Shown: positions 61,418 to 64,000 of the stretch, in pieces
How positions within the stretch are numbered: the first letter of the stretch is position 1
Layout: every line of letters begins with the position of its first letter
Translations under genes and position numbers: made by a program
Source of the DNA: Heptranchias perlo
Lineage: Eukaryota
Length of the DNA: 64,000 nucleotides
Reading direction: 5' to 3'
NCBI RefSeq assembly: GCF_035084215.1
Contig: NC_090340.1
Location: 3,100,001 to 3,164,000, forward strand
Notes under the pieces: model-generated
The model's database searches: none
Told to the model about the DNA's origin: nothing
Seen by the model: the letters and a program-made list of their open reading frames with translations, nothing else

Positions 61418-64000
61418 AACATAGAAATAAAGGAAGTAGGCCATTCAGCCCCTCGAGCCTGTTCCTCCATTAAATTAGATCATGGCTGATCTGTATCCTA
61501 ACTCTATCCACCCGCCTTGACTCCACATCCCTTAATACCCTTGGCTAACAAAGATCTATCGCACTCAGATTTAAAATTATTAATTAGGTAGCATCTACCG
61601 CTTTTTTTGTGGGAGAGGGTTCTGAACTTCCAACACCCTTTTCGTGAAGAAGTTTTTCCTAACTTCTCTCCCGAATGGCGTGGCTCCGACTTTAAGGCGA
61701 TGGTCCCCTTTCCTCGACTCCACCACCAGCGGAAATGCTTCTTTCTATCTACCCTATCAATTCCTTTCAAAAACATGAAAACCTCAATCAAATAATCCCT
61801 TAACCTTCTGCATTCCATGTAATACAACCCTAGTTGATGTAATCTCTGCTCATAATAATACAAACTTCGAAGCTCTGTTAACATTCAGGGGAGACTGCTT
61901 TGCACTCCTTCCAAGGCCAATGTATCCTATCCAATGTGTGTTGCCTAGAACTGTACACAGTAGCCCAGATGTGGTCTAACCAGGGCTTTCTATAGCTGCA
62001 GCAAAACTTCCTCTGCTTTACATTATCGCCCTCTGGTTATAAAGGCTAATGTTACTTTAGCAGTTTTGATTATTTTTTGCACCTGACTACAACGATTTAA
62101 TAATCAATGTGGAAGGACACCTAAATCTCTTTGGACCTCCATTGTTCGTAGATTGTCACCATTTAAAAATATTCGCATTTATCTTTTCTTGGTCCAAAAT
62201 TGTTGACCTCACCCTTAATTGCATTGAAATCGAGCTGCCAACGCTTTGCCCACTAACTTAATCTATCAATGTCTCTTTTTAATTTCATGCTCCTGTCTGC
62301 ACGACTTATAATGCCCACAGTCTTTGTGTCATCGGCAAACTTAGATATATTTCTCTCTATTGAGTTATCTAAGTCATTAATCAATACAATGAATAGTTGA
62401 GGCTCCAGCACAGATACCTGTGGACAACACCAGTCAACTTCCAATTCGAGTAAATTGCCGTTATCCCCACTTTCTGTCTTCTACTGCCTAATCAATGTCT
62501 AAAACAGATCGATAATTTGCCTTCAATTCCATGAGCTTTAAATTGAGCTACCATTCCCTTATATGGATTATTATCAAATGCTTTCTGGAAGTCCATATAC
62601 ATTACATCCGTAGACATCCTTCAGTTACTTGCTCAAAAAATTCCATTAGGTTCCTTAGACATGACATCACTTTTACAAATCCATGTTGGCTCGCTTTAAT
62701 GAACTCAGATTTCTCTGCGTGCTAAGAGACTCTGTCATTAATTATCTATTCCAATAAGTTCTCCACATCAGATGTTAGACTAATAGGTCTATACTTTCCT
62801 CGTTTCTCTCTCACTCACCTTTCTTAAATAACGGAGTTACATTTGAAATTCTCCAATCTAAAGGGAGAATTCCTGAAAGAGAGAGCTTTGGAAGATTATG
62901 GCTGAAGCGTTTTCAATTTCCTCACTTGCTTCCTTTAAACCCTGGGGTGGAAACGTTCAAGTGCCGTGGATTTGTCAGTCTTTCGTGGCATCACTTTTTC
63001 TAATTCTGTTTTCTTGCTCACGGTAATTTTAGTGATTTCCAGTCCTTGATTCATTATTCGTTTGGTTGGAATATCAGGTATATTAACCTCTTCCTTTGTT
63101 GTGAAGTCTGATGCAAAGTAATTATTCAACAAGCCAGCTATTTCCTTTTTTTCATTTTCAAGATTACACGCAGCTGTTTTCAAAATGTCCACAACATCCT
63201 TGACTGCCCGTTTTCTTCCAAAATAATTGGAAAAATGTTTTGTATTAATCTTGCCATCCCTCACAAATTCCTTTTCCTAGTCTCTTTTTGCAGCTCTTTC
63301 TATCTTTTTTTCTTCCTTTGCTGTTCTTTATATCTCTCCCGTCCCCTGGATCTACGCGATTATTTTCATCTTTGTATGCTCTTTCCTTTAGTTTTATGTT
63401 ATCTCTCACTTCTTTTGTCGACCATGGCTGTTTTATCTGGTAATTAGTGCTCTTGGCCCTTTCGGGATATACACTCTATTAAGCTATTTTTTTTGAAAAC
63501 CTCCCACTGTTCATTTGTAGTTTTATCCGATAAGAGCTTTGGCCAGTTTGCTGTCGTCAGCCCCTCTCTCATCCCGTTAAATTTGGCCTTACCAACATCT
63601 GCCCCCTTAGTAACTGTGTTAATTTTCTCCACTTCAAACCTAACATTACATTCCATTATATTATGATCACTCTGAGATAATTACCGATGTCTGGCTCAAT
63701 ACTCATTATTACATCTAGTACGAACTGCTCTATTGTTAATTCTACAATATATTGCTCCAGAAAACAATCTTCAATGCGCTCAAGAAATGTATTACCTTTC
63801 TGACTCCGCTCTTCCCTATCTATATGAAAATTAAAGTGTCCTATTAAAACGACACTGATTTTGTTACAAGCCTCTGTAATCTCTGAATTCATACATTCTG
63901 ACACTTCATTGCTGCTATCATGGGGCCTGGAGACAACGCTCATTACAATTTAAAGTCCTCTCTTATTTCTCGAATCTAACCATAGAGTTTCTGTTGATTG
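61418..64000 (-). mobile_element. Old CR1 LINE, long decayed copy running off the window
   Basis: Minus ORFs 61504-61884, 62253-62444 (KFADD), 62935-63264, 63656-63943 (LIGHFN). Confidence 0.9.

Noticed and set aside
1-64000. Prokaryotic systems (CRISPR arrays, retrons/DGR, operons)
   Set aside because: All RTs are LINE or retroviral, genes are spliced, and no regularly spaced repeat array was seen.

Overview
Eukaryotic, repeat-dominated window (by eye roughly 70-75% transposon-derived). Its repeat spectrum points to a cartilaginous fish, probably a shark (inference): two CR1-group LINE families, tRNA-derived SINEs including a Deu-domain SINE, and a Penelope-derived short element. Two non-routine objects stand out. 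(1) A decayed, minus-strand endogenous retrovirus at about 35.0-48.6 kb, split by nested LINE insertions, with gag-CCHC, protease, RT, tether, retroviral RNase H, integrase and a class I fusion env with a furin site, fusion peptide and TM. It resembles lokiretroviruses. (2) A plus-strand Ig-superfamily gene with a germline-joined V-J exon (55662-55973) and a C1-set exon (59274-59579), no RSS and an unusual cysteine pattern. An Ig-type octamer and a possible ATG-less leader lie upstream, and its TM/tail exons were not found in the window. The window also holds several local templated or inverted duplications (a 613-bp inverted duplication, a 1.27-kb copied LINE segment, and ~100-200-bp copies) and a minimal Penelope-type hammerhead ribozyme motif. 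Nearly all other ORFs in the track are LINE fragments or their antisense shadows. Repeat boundaries were read by eye and are approximate to tens of bases.
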